Shown here: positions 19,044 to 29,264 of the stretch, one piece after another
Layout: every line of letters begins with the position of its first letter
How positions within the stretch are numbered: position 1 is the stretch's first letter
NCBI GenBank assembly: GCA_036676495.1
Contig: JAKFCT010000038.1
Location: forward strand, 8,342-72,341
Direction: 5' to 3'
DNA length: 64,000 nt
DNA from: Candidatus Sericytochromatia bacterium
GTDB taxonomy: Bacteria > Cyanobacteriota > Sericytochromatia > S15B-MN24 > UBA4093
Translations under genes and position numbers: made by a program
The notes under the pieces: generated by a model
Told to the model about the DNA's origin: nothing
Databases searched by the model: none
Seen by the model: only the letters and a program-made list of their open reading frames with translations

Positions 19044-21137
19044 CTAGAGCGTGATGACGCCCAGGGAGCGCACGTCCAACGAAGGTGGAATCACCTCATT
19101 GTAGGCCATGACCGTCAAGTTGGGTAGTTTACGCTCGATCAGGCGCCTGAATACCAGGCGGACCTTGGAGGAGCACAGAACCACCGGCTGGTGCCCCTGT
19201 GCCATGAGGCGCTCGACGACTTCAGCGGCGTTGCGAACCAGCTTGCCCGCCGCTCCGGGCTCCAGGGCGACGAAGGCGCCCTGCTCGGTGTGTTGGATGG
19301 CGTTGCCGAGGATCATCTCGAGGTTGGGGTCGAGCGTGATGACCGGCAACGAGCCGTCCGGAGCGAGCACGGACTTGCAGATGGATCGCGCCAGCGCCTG
19401 GCGCGTGTGCTCGGTCAGCGTGTCGAGATCCTTGGTGAGGCGCGCATGGGTCGCGAGCGCCTCCATGACGGGCAGCAGGTCGCGGATGGAGACCCGCTCG
19501 GCCAGGAGGTTCTGCAGCACCCGCTGCACGTCTCCGATGCCGAGGAGATCCGGGACGAGTTCGCTCACGACCGCCGGCGACTCTTCCTTGAGGTTGTCCA
19601 GCAAGGCCTGGGTGTCCTGACGGGTGAGGATGTCGGGGGCATGCGCCTTGATCACCTCGGTGAGGTGCGTGGCGATGACCGAGGAGACGTCGAAGACGGT
19701 GTAGCCCGCCATCTCCGCGCGCTCCTTCTGATCCTCGGTGATCCAGACGGCAGGCAAACCGAAGACCGGCTCGGTGGTGGGGATTCCCTCGATCTCCTCG
19801 ATGGCCATGCCCACGTTCATCGCCATGTAGTGCTCGATGTGGACCTCTCCGCGCGCGATCTCGACCCCGCGCAGGTTGATCCGGTACTCCTTGGGCTTCA
19901 GCTGCAGGTTGTCGCGGACGCGGATCGGCGGCAGGACCAGGCCCAGCTTGAGCGCCGTCTGGCGGCGGATCATGGTGACCCGCTCCAGGAGGTCTCCGCC
20001 CTGGGAGGCGTCGACGAGGGGGATCAGGCGGTAGCCGATCTCCAGCTCCATCGGGTCGACCTTCAAGAGGCTCATGACGTTCTCGGGGCCCTTGGGAGTG
20101 GTATCCGGCGTCCCGGCAGCCGACTGCGCCGCCGCCGCGGCCCTCGTAGCCGCCTCCTTCTGGGTGCGCTGGAGCACGAAGGCCAGGGCCCCGACTCCGC
20201 ATCCCACGATCATGAAGGGGAGGGTCGGGAGGCCCGGGATCACCGAGAGCCCCACCAGCATGGCCGAGGCGATCATGAGGGGCTTGGGGTTGGAGATGAC
20301 CTGCTTGGAGATGGCGGAGCCGAGGTTGTCGTCGGAGGCCGCCCGGCTGACCATGATGCCGGTGCCGGTCGAGATCAGCAGCGCCGGGATCTGGGTGACC
20401 AGGCCGTCGCCGATGGTGAGGAGCGTGTAGGTCGTCAGCGCCTGCGAGATCTCGATGCCGCGCTGGAAGACTCCGATCAGGATGCCCGCGACGATGTTGA
20501 TGGCCGTGATGATCAGGCCCGCCACCGCGTCGCCCTTCACGAACTTCGAGGCGCCGTCCATGGTGCCGTAGAAGTCCGACTCGCGCTGGATCTTCTTGCG
20601 CCGCTCCTTGGCCTGCTCCTCGTTGATGAGACCGGCGTTGAGGTCGGCGTCGATCGCCATCTGCTTACCGGGCATGGCGTCCAGGGTGAAGCGGGCGGCG
20701 ACCTCGGAGATGCGGCCCGCGCCGTTGGTGATGACCATGAACTGGATCACGATCAGGATCAGGAAGATGATGACGCCGACCACGTAGTTGCCCTGAACCA
20801 CGAAGTTGCCGAAGGCCTCGACGACGTGCCCCGCATCTCCCTCGCTGAGGATGAGGCGGGTGGTCGAGACGTTGAGCGCCAATCGGAACAGCGTCAGGAT
20901 CAGCAGCAGCGACGGGAAGGTGTTGAACTCCACCGGCTCCATGACGTAGAGGGTGATGAGCAGCATCAGCAGCGAGCCCGTGATGTTGACCACCAGGAGC
21001 ACGTCCAGCAGGCCCGCCGGGATGGGGATGATGAGCATCAGCACCACCGCCACCATCATGACGGCGAGCACCATGTCGCTCTGCTTGAGGAGGCGGGTCA
21101 GCGCGGATTCGGCCTGGGGCACGGTCTGGGTTGCCAA
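19044..21137 (-). CDS. flhA: Flagellar export protein FlhA
   Basis: FRLALNVSTTRLIL, EVAARFTLDAMPGKQMAIDADL, FYGTMDGASKFVKGDA. Confidence 0.98.
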   Translation of the reverse strand: MATQTVPQAESALTRLLKQSDMVLAVMMVAVVLMLIIPIPAGLLDVLLVVNITGSLLMLLITLYVMEPVEFNTFPSLLLILTLFRLALNVSTTRLILSEGDAGHVVEAFGNFVVQGNYVVGVIIFLILIVIQFMVITNGAGRISEVAARFTLDAMPGKQMAIDADLNAGLINEEQAKERRKKIQRESDFYGTMDGASKFVKGDAVAGLIITAINIVAGILIGVFQRGIEISQALTTYTLLTIGDGLVTQIPALLISTGTGIMVSRAASDDNLGSAISKQVISNPKPLMIASAMLVGLSVIPGLPTLPFMIVGCGVGALAFVLQRTQKEAATRAAAAAQSAAGTPDTTPKGPENVMSLLKVDPMELEIGYRLIPLVDASQGGDLLERVTMIRRQTALKLGLVLPPIRVRDNLQLKPKEYRINLRGVEIARGEVHIEHYMAMNVGMAIEEIEGIPTTEPVFGLPAVWITEDQKERAEMAGYTVFDVSSVIATHLTEVIKAHAPDILTRQDTQALLDNLKEESPAVVSELVPDLLGIGDVQRVLQNLLAERVSIRDLLPVMEALATHARLTKDLDTLTEHTRQALARSICKSVLAPDGSLPVITLDPNLEMILGNAIQHTEQGAFVALEPGAAGKLVRNAAEVVERLMAQGHQPVVLCSSKVRLVFRRLIERKLPNLTVMAYNEVIPPSLDVRSLGVITL

Positions 21138-21140
21138 AGC

Positions 21141-22202
21141 TTACGCCCCCACCTTTCGATTCGCGCGCTGGACGGCGACCAGGATCTCGGCCACCGCCGC
21201 GTAGAGCTCGGGGGGAATCTCGTCCCCCACTTCGACTTGTTTATAGAGGGCCTGCGCGATGGGCTTGTTCTCGATCATGGGCACTCCGGCCTCCTGGGCC
21301 ACCTCGCGAATGCGCTTGGCGACCAGGTCGGTCCCCTTGGCCAGCACCACCGGAACCTCCATGGCGTCGCGCTCGTACTTGACCGCCACGGCGAAGTGCG
21401 TGGGGTTGGTGATGACCACCGACGCCTTGGGAACCTCGCTCATCATGCGCTGCTGGGCCATCTTGCGCTGACGCTTCTTGATCTCGCTCTTGACCTCGGG
21501 GGAGCCTTCGGCCTGCTTCCACTCGTCCTTGACCTCCTGCTTGGTCATCTTGAGGCCCTTCTCCCATTCGAAGCGCTGGTAGGCGTAATCGACCAGGCCG
21601 AGGATGACCAGGGCCAGCATGACGCGCCAGGCGATGCTCCAGGCGGTGGTTCCGAGCAGGGTGCCCAGGCCCAAAAGGCCCGTGCCGTAGGCCGTGGCGA
21701 GCTCGACGTAGCGATCGCTGATCACCCCGTAACAGATCCAGCCGATCAAGGCGATCTTGGCCATGCCCTTGATCGCCTCGACCGTCGAGCGCAACGAGAA
21801 GAGGCGCTTGAGACCGTTGATCGGATTGAGCTTCTCCAGCTTCGGCTTGATCGTCTCGAAGGTCACGAGGTTGCCCACCTGGGCGTAGTTCACGGCAATG
21901 CCCACGATCAGCAAGGAGAGCAGAATGGGCGCCAGCGCGACGCCGACGGAGCTCGCGATCTGGGCGGCCAGCAGCGTGAGGAGGTCGAGGGTGAGGTCCT
22001 GCTGAGGGAAGTGAGCGAGACGCTCGGTCATCATGTTTCTCAGGAGGGCGGCGATAGGCGGCCAGTTGAAGTAAAGCAAGACGCTCGCGGTCAAGAGCAC
22101 CGCGGCGTTGTTCATGTCCGAGCTCTTCGCGATGTTGCCCTTCTTGCGGGCATCCGAAATGCGCTTGGGTGTGGGTTTCTCGGTCTTCGAGGGATCCGCC
22201 AA
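21141..22202 (-). CDS. flhB: Flagellar export switch protein FlhB
   Basis: KTEKPTPKR..ARKKG, KMTKQEVKDE, NPTH autocleavage motif. Confidence 0.97.
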   Translation of the reverse strand: MADPSKTEKPTPKRISDARKKGNIAKSSDMNNAAVLLTASVLLYFNWPPIAALLRNMMTERLAHFPQQDLTLDLLTLLAAQIASSVGVALAPILLSLLIVGIAVNYAQVGNLVTFETIKPKLEKLNPINGLKRLFSLRSTVEAIKGMAKIALIGWICYGVISDRYVELATAYGTGLLGLGTLLGTTAWSIAWRVMLALVILGLVDYAYQRFEWEKGLKMTKQEVKDEWKQAEGSPEVKSEIKKRQRKMAQQRMMSEVPKASVVITNPTHFAVAVKYERDAMEVPVVLAKGTDLVAKRIREVAQEAGVPMIENKPIAQALYKQVEVGDEIPPELYAAVAEILVAVQRANRKVGA

Positions 22203-22213
22203 GCCTTACCTCC

Positions 22214-22993
22214 TCACCGGAACATGCCCAACAGGCTGGGGCCGAACCGGTCGAAAACAACCCTGAGATACCCCCCCAACAGGGGAAGCGTGGCCGCGAG
22301 CGTCACGAGCCCCAGCATGATCTTGACCGGAAAGCCCGCGACGAAGACGTTCATCTGCGGCATGATCCGGCTCATGATGGCCAGCGCCAGTTCCGCGAGC
22401 ATCAAAACGCCGATCACCGGCAGCATGAGGGTCAAGGCCACGTCGAAGATCCCCGTAGTCGCCATGAGAACGTGCTCTATTATACCCCCCGATAGCCCGA
22501 ATCCGCCCAAGGGGACCGCTTGAAAGGACTTCCAGACCCCCAAAAGCAGCCAGTGATGGCCGTTCATGGCCAAGAACGTGACCGTGGCCAGCTGGACGAA
22601 GAGCACGCCGAGCTGAGAGGTCTGGTTGCGGGTGTTGGGGTCGAGCATCATGCTCATGCCGAGGCCCATCTGCATGGCGATCATGTGGCCGGCCAGCTGG
22701 ATGCCATGGAAGAGACACGAGGCCACGAAGCCCATGGTGACCCCGATGGCGAGCTCCGAGACCAGGGCGAAGGTCACGTCCAGCGGGCCCTCCATCGCGG
22801 GGGCCGACCAGTCGAGCGCGCTGGGAAAAACCAGGGCCGCCAGCAGGACGGCGAGACCGACCCGGAACCGGACCGGCACGACGGCATTGCCGAAGACCGG
22901 CGCGATCAGGAAGATGCCTGAGAAGCGGGTGAGCACCAGGAGGAAAATCGCGAGGCCGTTCGGGGACAGGCCCAGAAGCGCGGCGAGATCCAT
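22214..22993 (-). CDS. fliR: Flagellar export protein FliR
   Basis: LTRFSGIF..APVF, QMGLG, RIMPQMNVFVAGFPVK. Confidence 0.95.
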   Translation of the reverse strand: MDLAALLGLSPNGLAIFLLVLTRFSGIFLIAPVFGNAVVPVRFRVGLAVLLAALVFPSALDWSAPAMEGPLDVTFALVSELAIGVTMGFVASCLFHGIQLAGHMIAMQMGLGMSMMLDPNTRNQTSQLGVLFVQLATVTFLAMNGHHWLLLGVWKSFQAVPLGGFGLSGGIIEHVLMATTGIFDVALTLMLPVIGVLMLAELALAIMSRIMPQMNVFVAGFPVKIMLGLVTLAATLPLLGGYLRVVFDRFGPSLLGMFR

Positions 22994-23001
22994 CCCGCAC
23001 C

Positions 23002-23271
23002 CTAATGCGCGTAGCGGGGGAGCTCGATCAGGATCGCCCGCATGAAGTCGAGCATGGTCCCCACCATCCAGGGTCCCAGCAAGAAGAGCACCAGCGCGCT
23101 GGCCACGATCTTGGGAATGAAGGTCAGCGTGGCCTCGTTGATCTGGGTCACCGCCTGGAAGATCGAGATCAGGAGGCCCACCACCAGGCTCACGGCGAGG
23201 ACCGGTCCGGCGACGATGGCCATCAAGCCGAGGGCGCGCTGGGCGAGTTCGAAGAAGACGGTCTCGTTCAT
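23002..23271 (-). CDS. fliQ: Flagellar export protein FliQ
   Basis: GLLISIFQAVTQINEATLTFIPK. Confidence 0.96.
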   Translation of the reverse strand: MNETVFFELAQRALGLMAIVAGPVLAVSLVVGLLISIFQAVTQINEATLTFIPKIVASALVLFLLGPWMVGTMLDFMRAILIELPRYAH

Positions 23272-23272
23272 C

Positions 23273-24001
23273 TTACTGGAAGCTCGAAACCAGGGCGCGG
23301 CTCAAGAGATGCCAGCCGTCGACCAGGACGAAGAGGATCAGCTTGAAGGGCAGCGAGATCATGATCGGAGGCAGCATCATCATGCCCATGGACATCAGGA
23401 TGCTGGCGACCACCATGTCGATCACCAGGAACGGCAGGTAGATGACGAAACCGATCTGGAAGGCGGTCTTGAGCTCCGAGATGATGAAGGCCGGGATCAG
23501 GACGTGGGTCGGGATGTCGTCGGGGCGGCGGGGCCGCTCCATCTTGGCCATGGAGACGAAGAGCGCGAGGTCCTTCTGACGGGTCTGCTTGAACATGAAC
23601 TTGCGCAGCGGGCCCTGGGCCCGGTCGAGGGCGACCTGCTGCGTGATGGCTCCCTGCGCGTAGGGCTGCAAGGCCGTCTGGTTGATGTCTCCGATCACCG
23701 GGGCCATGACGAAGAAGGTCAGGAAGAGCGCAAGCCCGACGATCACCTGGTTGGGCGGCATCATCTGGGTCCCGATGGCCTGGCGGACGAAGGAGAGGAC
23801 GATGACGATGCGGGTGAAGCTCGTCATGAGCATGAGGATCGCCGGCGCCAGGGTGAGCACCGTGAGCATGGCGAGGATCTGGAGGCTCGCCGCGACGTCC
23901 TGGGGTCGGTCCGTGAGCGGGATCTGGGGGACCTGAAGCTGGGCGTGGGCGGCTCCGGCGCTCAGGAGGAGAAGGGCGATCGCCCCAAGTACCTGCCTCA
24001 C
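23273..24001 (-). CDS. fliP: Flagellar export protein FliP
   Basis: MTSFTRIVIVLS, PPNQVIVGLALFLT, PAFIISELKTAFQIGF, LPFKLILFVLVDGW. Confidence 0.97.
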   Translation of the reverse strand: MRQVLGAIALLLLSAGAAHAQLQVPQIPLTDRPQDVAASLQILAMLTVLTLAPAILMLMTSFTRIVIVLSFVRQAIGTQMMPPNQVIVGLALFLTFFVMAPVIGDINQTALQPYAQGAITQQVALDRAQGPLRKFMFKQTRQKDLALFVSMAKMERPRRPDDIPTHVLIPAFIISELKTAFQIGFVIYLPFLVIDMVVASILMSMGMMMLPPIMISLPFKLILFVLVDGWHLLSRALVSSFQ

Positions 24002-24558
24002 GCGCGCTCCCCCTTCTTTCGGATCATCACCTGGCGCAAGGTCGCATCCACCAGCGCATCGAAGCCCTCTTGCTCGGTTTCGGCCTGGGCGAGGTGCGCC
24101 TCGAAGGCTTCCTTACCTTGCTCCGGGGAGAGCTCTCCCAGGGGCACGAGCATGTCCTTGCCGTTGGATCCGACGACCCAGACCCGGTCTCCGACCGAGA
24201 CCAGATGGACCGTCTGGGCGCCGCGCAAATGGGTCGAGCCCAGGGCCCGGACCCGGAGGCCCGTCGAACCGGACGTGCCGACGCCGCCCGCGAGGGCGGG
24301 ACCGCCCATGCGCTTGTAGACCCAGAAGACGCCATAGATCAGGCCGATGACTCCCCCGAACTTGACCAGGAAGCCCAAGGCGTTTCCGGCCGAAGACGGG
24401 CGCTCCGTGGCGGGATCCTGGTACTCGGGGAGAAAGAAGGTGTCGCCGCTCGCGACGTCCGAGGAGTCGGGAAGCGAGGGTTCGGATGCGGTCTGGGCGA
24501 AGCTCGGAGAAACCCCGAGCGTGAGCAGCAGCGCGAGGAGGAGCAGGCTCCCGCGCAC
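23998..24558 (-). CDS. fliO: Flagellar biosynthesis protein FliO/FliZ
   Basis: Signal-like N-terminus, one TM helix, beta domain LRVRALGSTHL..VHLVSVGDRVWVVG; sits between cheY and fliP; GTG at 24558. Confidence 0.8.
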   Translation of the reverse strand: MRGSLLLLALLLTLGVSPSFAQTASEPSLPDSSDVASGDTFFLPEYQDPATERPSSAGNALGFLVKFGGVIGLIYGVFWVYKRMGGPALAGGVGTSGSTGLRVRALGSTHLRGAQTVHLVSVGDRVWVVGSNGKDMLVPLGELSPEQGKEAFEAHLAQAETEQEGFDALVDATLRQVMIRKKGERA

Positions 24559-24559
24559 G

Positions 24560-24922
24560 CTATTTGAGCGCTTTGTTGACGGCGTCGATGACGCGCTCCG
24601 CATCGAAGGGCTTGACGATGAAATCCTTGGCACCCGATTGAATGGCCTCCAGCACCATGGCCTGCTGGCCCATCGCCGAGCAGACGATGATCCGAGCGTC
24701 CGGATCGAACTCCCGAATCTTCTTGATGGCCGTGATGCCGTCCATGTCCGGCATCGTGATGTCCATCGTGACGAGGTTGACCTTGATCTTCTTGTAGAGG
24801 TCGACGGCATCCGCCCCATTGGCCGCCTCGGCAACCACCGAGAAGCCGTTCTGGGTGAGGATATCCTTCAACATGAGGCGCATGAAGGCCGCATCATCGA
24901 CCACTAGAATGTTCTTGGTCAA
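24560..24922 (-). CDS. cheY: Chemotaxis response regulator CheY
   Basis: ILVVDDAAFMR, MDITMPDMDG, SAMGQQ, DFIVKPF. Confidence 0.95.
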   Translation of the reverse strand: MTKNILVVDDAAFMRLMLKDILTQNGFSVVAEAANGADAVDLYKKIKVNLVTMDITMPDMDGITAIKKIREFDPDARIIVCSAMGQQAMVLEAIQSGAKDFIVKPFDAERVIDAVNKALK

Positions 24923-24934
24923 GAGTTCCTCTCT

Positions 24935-26071
24935 TTAGGCACGGAACGAGCTGAAACGCTCGGCAGGGCTGACGATGTCCGTGACCCGCACGCCGAAGTT
25001 CTCGTCGATGACGACGACCTCCCCACGGGCAATCAATTTTCCGTTGACGAGCAAGTCTACTGGCTCGCCTGCGAGTTTGTCAAGCTCAACCACAGAGCCC
25101 TTCCCCAGCTCCAGGACGTCCCGGATCTGCATGCGGGTGCGCCCGAGCTCGACGGTCACCTTGAGGGGCACGTCCAGGATCAGGTCCAAGCCGCTCTGGG
25201 TCGCCGAAGCGGCGGCCGGGGCCAAGGGAGCGAACTGCACGGTCTGGGCTGCGGGCTGCGGAGCCATCGTCTTGGCGACGGCGGGCATGGCGGCCGCGGG
25301 CGCTGCGACGGGCGCAGCAGGAGCCATCGGCTGCGCCACGGGAGCCGGCGCTTGGACCGGGGCCGGCGCGGGCGCCGGAGCAGGAGCCGTCGTGCTCTGC
25401 GGCTGGTTGGCGGCAGGCGCGGGAGGCGCCGGCTGAACCGTCTTCTCCGCCTGCTGCGGAGCGTCTCCCTGGCCTCCGGAGACCTGGGAGGCCAGACTCT
25501 CCGCCCCCATGCCGGAGTACACCTGGATCAAGTAGGACTCGACCAGACCCTCGATGCTCAGCCGATAGGTGAGCGCCACCAGGACACCCTCATCGAACGA
25601 GGCCCCGAGCGTCAGGTCATCCGGGTGGTCCACCACCTGGGCCTGGGGAGGCGAGATCTCGAACTTCTTGCCGTAGGTCGTGCTCATGGCGTTGGCGGCC
25701 ATGCCCATCATCTGGTTGATGGCCTCGGAGATGGCCGAGAGCTGGAGATCGTCGATGACCGTGGACGGAGGCTGGCCCTCGCCCCCCATCATCAGATCCG
25801 TGATGATGGCGGTGTCCGCCTGGGTCAGCATGAAGTACATCTCGAAGCTCGTGCCGAAGCGGCAAGGAACCTCGATGGCCACCGCCGGATCCTTGAGCAC
25901 TCCTCCCAGCTCCGCGACGGAGAGGACGGAGACCTCCGGCTGGGTGATGCTCACCTGCTTGTTCAACAGGATGGACAGGGTCGAGGCCCCGGCCGTCAGT
26001 GCAACCGACCCACTTTCGACGAGGGCTTGCCCCATCTCAGGGGGCAACGCGCCACCCGGCTCGATCATCAT
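24935..26071 (-). CDS. fliY: Flagellar motor switch phosphatase FliY (CheC-like plus FliN domain)
   Basis: [12 protein letters not shown] CheC-like site, Pro/Ala linker, FliN domain [27 protein letters not shown]. Confidence 0.92.
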   Translation of the reverse strand: MMIEPGGALPPEMGQALVESGSVALTAGASTLSILLNKQVSITQPEVSVLSVAELGGVLKDPAVAIEVPCRFGTSFEMYFMLTQADTAIITDLMMGGEGQPPSTVIDDLQLSAISEAINQMMGMAANAMSTTYGKKFEISPPQAQVVDHPDDLTLGASFDEGVLVALTYRLSIEGLVESYLIQVYSGMGAESLASQVSGGQGDAPQQAEKTVQPAPPAPAANQPQSTTAPAPAPAPAPVQAPAPVAQPMAPAAPVAAPAAAMPAVAKTMAPQPAAQTVQFAPLAPAAASATQSGLDLILDVPLKVTVELGRTRMQIRDVLELGKGSVVELDKLAGEPVDLLVNGKLIARGEVVVIDENFGVRVTDIVSPAERFSSFRA

Positions 26072-27096
26072 TCCTCCCCTTCCTTGTCATCCAAGACTTC
26101 ACTGATCTGGATGGCCATCTTGTTTCTAACCGTTCCCGGACGCCCCGTGAACTTGCGCCGCTCGCCGACCAGAACGGCGAGGTCGTCTCCCACTGAGGCA
26201 TCCAGGGTGAGCACATCTCCGACTGTCAAGGATAGCACGTCCTCCACGGAAACGACGCTCTCTCCCAAGACCACCTGAACGGGCACCTGGGTGGCGACCA
26301 CCCGATCCTTGAGGCCCACGCGGTGGGACTCGCTCTGCGATTGCCGGGCCGTCGCGAACATCGCCTGGGCCGAGATCTTGCCCATGATGGGCTCGAGCAT
26401 GATGTAAGGGATGCAGAGCGAGAGAGGGCCCGTATTCTCGCCGAACTTCGCCTCGAACGTGATCAGCACGATCGGATCGGAAGGCGGCACGATCTGGATG
26501 AAGCGCGGGTTCATCTCCAGGGTCTCGAGCTTGGGCGAGAAGTTGATGACGTTCTGCCAGGCCTCGGAGAGCGCGCTCAGAATGCGCAAGGTGACGCTGG
26601 AGATGAGCGTCCGCTCGATGTCGGTGAGGTCCCGGCGAATCCGGGTCACCCGCCCCGGTCCGCCCAGCATGCGGTCGATGATGGCGGAGGTCAGGTCGAT
26701 GTTCACCTCGAAGAGCGCCGTGCCGACCAGGGGCTCCATCGAGAAGACGTTGAGGATGGTCGGCGAGGGCAGCGAGCGGGAGTACTCGTCGAAGGTCAAC
26801 TGCTCGACCGAGACCACCTCCACCTGCACCAGCATCCGGAGCTGGCCCGAGAGCGTGGTGCTCAGGATCCGCGCGAAGGCCTCGTGGATCATCGAGAGCG
26901 TGCGGATATGATCCTTCGAGAACTTGTTCTGGCGCTTGAAGTCGTAGACCTTGATCGTCCGCTTGACGCTCTCTTCCTCGGGCATCGTCGCGAGCGGCGA
27001 GGCGCTCGAAGAGGCCGGCTTGTCAGGCGCAAGCTCACCGCTCGAAAGAGCGGCGAGCAGCAGGTCGATTTCGGATTGTGAGAGGATCTCGGCCAA
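26068..27096 (-). CDS. fliM: Flagellar motor switch protein FliM
   Basis: [33 protein letters not shown]. Confidence 0.96.
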   Translation of the reverse strand: MAEILSQSEIDLLLAALSSGELAPDKPASSSASPLATMPEEESVKRTIKVYDFKRQNKFSKDHIRTLSMIHEAFARILSTTLSGQLRMLVQVEVVSVEQLTFDEYSRSLPSPTILNVFSMEPLVGTALFEVNIDLTSAIIDRMLGGPGRVTRIRRDLTDIERTLISSVTLRILSALSEAWQNVINFSPKLETLEMNPRFIQIVPPSDPIVLITFEAKFGENTGPLSLCIPYIMLEPIMGKISAQAMFATARQSQSESHRVGLKDRVVATQVPVQVVLGESVVSVEDVLSLTVGDVLTLDASVGDDLAVLVGERRKFTGRPGTVRNKMAIQISEVLDDKEGEE

Positions 27097-27125
27097 CGGC
27101 CACCTCGCTTACTGGTAAAAGACGC

Positions 27126-27680
27126 TTACTGGATAACGAAGTCGGTGAAGTAGACGTCCATCACGGTCTTGCCGGGGACCCGCTGGTTGAGGGCGGCCTT
27201 GAGTTCTTCCTTGAGGGTGTTGCGGCCCCCGGGAGCGTTGATCGCGGCCACCGTCTGGCGGGCCAGCGTCGTGATGATGGCATCCTTGTACAGGGGCTCG
27301 TACGGAGCCATCTCCGCCTTGATCGCCGCCGAGGCATCGGCCCCGCCGCCATGGTCCCCCGAGCCGCCCTTGCCCGAGGCGTGCTTGTCGTCGCCGGCCA
27401 CGCCCATCTGCAGCACCACGCTCGTCTTCAAGTAGCGCCGGCCCGGATCGGAGAGGTTGACGATGAACTCGCCCACCGGATAAACCGGCCCCATGACAGG
27501 TTCCTTCGGGTCGGCCTTCTCGCCCTCGACCTCCTGGATATGCTTCTCCACGATGATCTGCTGGGGCATGGCGAGGCGGATCGCGACAAACGAACTGACG
27601 CCCGAAATTACGGCGATGACGACCGCCAAGACGACCAGCTTGATGTTCAAGCCGTTTCCGCCCGGTTGATTATTGGCCAT
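27126..27680 (-). CDS. fliL: Flagellar basal-body protein FliL
   Basis: N-terminal TM helix, EFIVNLSD..RRYLK, VYFTDFVIQ. Confidence 0.93.
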   Translation of the reverse strand: MANNQPGGNGLNIKLVVLAVVIAVISGVSSFVAIRLAMPQQIIVEKHIQEVEGEKADPKEPVMGPVYPVGEFIVNLSDPGRRYLKTSVVLQMGVAGDDKHASGKGGSGDHGGGADASAAIKAEMAPYEPLYKDAIITTLARQTVAAINAPGGRNTLKEELKAALNQRVPGKTVMDVYFTDFVIQ

Positions 27681-28476
27681 GGGATCTGGGAGCCTCCTGA
27701 TGCGTCGAAACCTTCGCGCCTTGCGGTTCCTGGCCGGTCAATGCCGAGCGCAGGACCACGATGTCAACCCTCCGGTTGAGCGCGCGATTGGCTTCCGTGG
27801 TGTTTCGAACCCGTGGGTAGTATTCCCCGTACCCTGCCGCCGATAACCGCGACGGGGGGAAATCATGGCGTTCCACCAGGAACCGGACCAGCGTGGTGGC
27901 ACGCACGGCCGACAGCTCCCAGTTGGAAGGATAGCGCCACGTGCGGATCGGGGTGTTATCGGTATGCCCCTCGATCCTCACGTAATGCGGATCCGCCTTG
28001 AGCACCCGAGCCACCCGATCCATGACCGGAACGATCTCGGGCCGCAACGCGGCCTCGCCCTGCGCGAAGAAGGCCGTGTTGGAGATCGAGACCACCAGGC
28101 CCCGCTGCTCCATCCGCGTGGTAATTTCCTGCTCCAGGCCCTCCTCCCGGGCCAAGGTATCGATCTGCTTCTCAAGCTGCGTCAGCGACAGCTGCTCCGC
28201 CTGCATGAACGGCATGGGCACCACCGTGTCGTTCTCGCCGCCGTCTCCGATGACGTGCGGGGTCTTCCCCGCCCCCTCGATGGGAACGTAGCGGATCGAC
28301 GTCTGGAGCGATTTCTTGAGCTCCTCGTACTTGGCCTTGTCCACCTGACTCAAGGCGTACATGATCACGAAGAAGACCAGGAGCAGCGTGATGAGATCGG
28401 CATAGGTGATGAGCCAGCGCTCCGAAGCGCCGTGCCCGCCGCCTTGATGGCGCCCCCTCCGCCGCGACCCCGCCAT
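27670..28476 (-). CDS. motB: Flagellar motor protein MotB
   Basis: WLITYADLITLLLVFF, OmpA-like IEGHTDN, SNWELS..RA, NRRVDI. Confidence 0.96.
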   Translation of the reverse strand: MAGSRRRGRHQGGGHGASERWLITYADLITLLLVFFVIMYALSQVDKAKYEELKKSLQTSIRYVPIEGAGKTPHVIGDGGENDTVVPMPFMQAEQLSLTQLEKQIDTLAREEGLEQEITTRMEQRGLVVSISNTAFFAQGEAALRPEIVPVMDRVARVLKADPHYVRIEGHTDNTPIRTWRYPSNWELSAVRATTLVRFLVERHDFPPSRLSAAGYGEYYPRVRNTTEANRALNRRVDIVVLRSALTGQEPQGAKVSTHQEAPRSHGQ

Positions 28477-28478
28477 GG

Positions 28479-29261
28479 CTACCTGACGGCCTCTTCGGCC
28501 TGCAAGCCACCGCGAAGCTTCGGAGCCAGGAAGCCCTTGAGCTTGTCTTCCACGATCTGCGGATTCTCACCCGCCTGGATGGCCAGGATTCCCGTCACCA
28601 TCATCTCGCGAGCCAGGATCTCCTCTTCGGAGCGGCGCTTCAGCTTGGTGGCCAGGGGAAGCCAAAGCAAGTTGGCGGTCCAGACCCCGTAAAGGGTGGC
28701 CACGAAGGCGACGGCGATCGCCGAGCCCAGCTTCGACGGCTCGCTCAGGTTGCCCAGCACGTGAATCAGCCCCATGACCGTCCCGATGATGCCCATGGTC
28801 GGAGCGTAGCCCCCCATCGCCTCCAGGATCCCGAAGGAAGCCGCGTGCCGGCTCGCGATGAAGGTCAACTCCGTCTCCAGCAGCTCCCGAACCGTGTGGG
28901 CGTCGATCCCGTCGGCGACCATCTGCAGCCCCTTGCGAAGGAACTCGTCATCCGCTCCGGCGAGCTCCGACTCCAGGGCCAGCAGGCCCTCGCGCCGCGC
29001 CTTGTCCGCATAGGTCGAGAGCTGGGGAATCAAGGCCGCCGGATCATAAGGGTTCTTCTGGAACGTCAAGGCGATGATCCGCGGCAGGTTGAGCACGTCC
29101 TTCAAGGGGAAGGAGATGAACGTCGCCCCGAGGGTGCCGCCCACCACGATCAGAAACGCGGTGAGCTGCCAAAGGCTCGAGAGGTGGCCCCCCTCCAGGG
29201 AGTTGGCCACGAACATCACTCCCCAGCCCACGAGCAAGCCAATCAGCGTTGCGAGTTCCAT
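28479..29261 (-). CDS. motA: Flagellar motor protein MotA
   Basis: IVVGGTLGA, ARREGLLALE, APTMGIIGTVMGL, AFVATLYG, IQAGENP. Confidence 0.96.
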   Translation of the reverse strand: MELATLIGLLVGWGVMFVANSLEGGHLSSLWQLTAFLIVVGGTLGATFISFPLKDVLNLPRIIALTFQKNPYDPAALIPQLSTYADKARREGLLALESELAGADDEFLRKGLQMVADGIDAHTVRELLETELTFIASRHAASFGILEAMGGYAPTMGIIGTVMGLIHVLGNLSEPSKLGSAIAVAFVATLYGVWTANLLWLPLATKLKRRSEEEILAREMMVTGILAIQAGENPQIVEDKLKGFLAPKLRGGLQAEEAVR

Positions 29262-29264
29262 GCG

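Noticed and set aside
19191-22523. 1110-aa plus-strand ORF
   Set aside because: Antisense shadow of flhA, flhB and fliR.
24559-24834. N-terminal extension of fliO
   Set aside because: Alternate frame overlapping cheY; the signal-like sequence begins at GTG 24558.
27955-27965. ACCGATAA sigma28-like -10 inside motB
   Set aside because: No TAAA-like -35 at the right spacing, and it lies in the conserved GHTDN codons.
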